Positions 33,391 to 35,143 of a DNA stretch of 35,143 nt are shown here, one piece after another; positions within the stretch are counted from its first letter, which is position 1; the number at the start of each line of letters is the position of its first letter. Source of the DNA: Pelomyxa schiedti (lineage: Eukaryota > Protista > Evosea). The notes beneath the pieces are model-generated. The model worked only from the letters and a program-made list of their open reading frames with translations, was not told where the DNA came from and made no database searches. Made by a program: the position numbers and the translations under genes. The DNA is taken from positions 1 to 35,143 of the forward strand of contig JAHLWZ010000973.1 in assembly GCA_020536535.1 (NCBI GenBank), read 5' to 3'.

Positions 33391-35143
33391 ATGCAGGGTA
33401 GCCAGGCTGGTGCGTGGTTCAAGTACGCAGCCGGGACATTGGCTCAGTGGGACACGAGGTGGACGTGCCCTGTTTGCGGAGGGCCGGCGTTTCGCCCTGC
33501 GGTTCACGAGTGCGGTTCCTGGCTGTGCGACGCTTGCTCCCAAGACGTATGTGTCTACCTTACCCCGCCACGGAACCTAATTTTTTGTTTTCGGGGTGGG
33601 GTGGAGGAGTCGATTTGTTTGACTGACATTGGCTTGTGACCAGAGGAAGAACTGCCCGACGTGTGGGGCGCGAATTAGGGGAAGATTGAACCCTGTGACG
33701 GACAAGCCGATTCTGGATAAGCTCGCGGCGATTGAAGTTCACTGCCCCGCGTGCCACGAGAAATTTCTGAGGGACTTGATTCTCTCCCACATAGTTGATT
33801 GCCCAATTGGTTGGTTTCAACTCCCCCCTCACTCTATTTATGAAACACTCTTTACTCTCCTCTCACTGAACGTTTCAGAATGTCCCAACAAATGCGGAGT
33901 GAAAGTATCACCGAACCATCAGGCGGAACATGAACGAAGTTGCGTTAATGTTCTGGATGTTTGCGCCGATTGCAAACAATCTATTCCAAGACGACTATTT
34001 GATGACGGGTCCCACCAGAAGTTGGATTGCCCAATTTGTATAGCCTCCTTCATTTCCTTGTTTCCTTACTTGTTACAATGGAACAGATTGCGCGAATGGA
34101 TGTGAGAAAAGGGTGAAACCAAGAGATATGGCTGAACACCAGGCCACAACATGCACAATGGCATTGGTGAAGTGCCCCGCAGAACGGATTTGCACATGGA
34201 CGGGACCAAGGCAACAACTCTCGATCCACGTACAATCCTGTGTTATGGTCAAAATGGCTCCTGCTTTCGAATCTCTAGTTGCCGAAAACAAACGAATGCA
34301 AGCTGCGCTAAACGCACTGGAGGAAAAGAATGCCGAATTGGAGCATAAGAACACTGTACAAACTGCTTTGTTACAAGAAATGCAAGGAAGCAACAACAAA
34401 GTTATAGAGTTATGCAGACTGTATAAGGAGTTAGAAGCCAACCACGTTAAAGACGTGGACTACTTGACAAGTGAATTGGAGAGAATGAAGACTGAATTGC
34501 CCCTCAAGCGGATCAAGTTCACAACACTCAACGGGGCACTCAATACCGGGCCAACAATTGTTGATTACACATCACCTCTCCAGCGGGGAGTCACACTTTC
34601 CAGGGGGATACAGCGTTGGGTTGTACCATTATCCGGAACCTTCAAAATCACCGCTGTTGGTGCAAGCGGTGGCAGCGGTGGCAGCGGCGGCAGCGATGCT
34701 GGACTTGGTGCAGTTGTAACATCAGTTGTGGAGTTGACAAGAGGCCAAGTTCTCAACATTCTAGTTGGCCAGCCTGGCGTATCTGCTGAACCCGGTTGCG
34801 GTGGAGGTGGTGGAGGGACTTTTGTATGGGAAGATGAGGTGGTGGTGAAGTTCGCCCCGCTGGCGACCAACGGGAAGATTCTGATATGTGCCGGCGGGGG
34901 CGGCGGCTCCGGCACCAGCGGCTGGTTCCAGTATTACGGGGACTGTGCCTCCCTCAGCCCCCACGTGAAGACCGGCCGTGGCGGGGCAAACGGCGAGGGA
35001 GGCATCGGGGCCGGGGGCGGCGGTGGGTCAGGGTGGCTGAGCGATGGCGCGCCGGGCAGGGGAGGAGCGGGGGCCCGCCCGCTGAGCGGGGGTGTGGGGG
35101 GATGCATGACGGCGGCGCGCGGGGGGTATGGAGGCGGGGGCGG
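33391..35143 (+). CDS. TRAF-like RING / TRAF-zinc-finger / coiled-coil protein with C-terminal ALK/LTK-type glycine-rich domain (3' partial)
   Basis: RING CPVC..HECGSWLCDAC..CPTC; several TRAF-type fingers (ECPNKCG..HERSC, DCANGC..HQATTC, KCP..CTWTG..HVQSC); coiled coil; then FTT..GPT..GIQRWVVP.SGTFKITAVGASGG..ILVGQPG..GGGGGGTFV..ICAGGGGG. The frame is open to the window end. Confidence 0.85.

Overview
Eukaryotic, gene-dense protist DNA. It has about 18 protein genes, intergenic gaps often under 150 bp, and many short (about 40-60 nt) spliceosomal introns, so the ORF track fragments or misses most genes. The lineage-specific gene families, intron density and style suggest an archamoeba such as Pelomyxa schiedti; this is an inference. 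Hand-spliced gene models, in order: partial gene at the left edge, alpha/beta hydrolase, a GH92 alpha-mannosidase with about 27 introns, an RBR E3 ligase with three N-terminal zinc fingers, RhoGDI, PAAF1/Rpn14, IFT25 (absent from the ORF track), TTI2, an ARM-like protein, a Sel1-repeat protein, a lineage-expanded family gene, BBS5, a SAM methyltransferase, an ankyrin protein with a SOCS/F-box-like tail, a second lineage-family gene, a second ankyrin protein, a ubiquitin-like protein, PARG, and a TRAF-like RING protein running off the right edge. A U2 snRNA gene lies on the minus strand at about 30799-31013. Most notable: (1) a TRAF-architecture RING protein whose MATH domain is replaced by an ALK/LTK-type glycine-rich domain; (2) a PARG lacking the GGG of its catalytic loop; (3) a U2 with a remodelled 3' domain and a Dictyostelium DUSE-like promoter element at the expected position; (4) very relaxed splice signals, including GAG and A-rich acceptors and a GC donor. 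Exon boundaries were traced by eye and are approximate.
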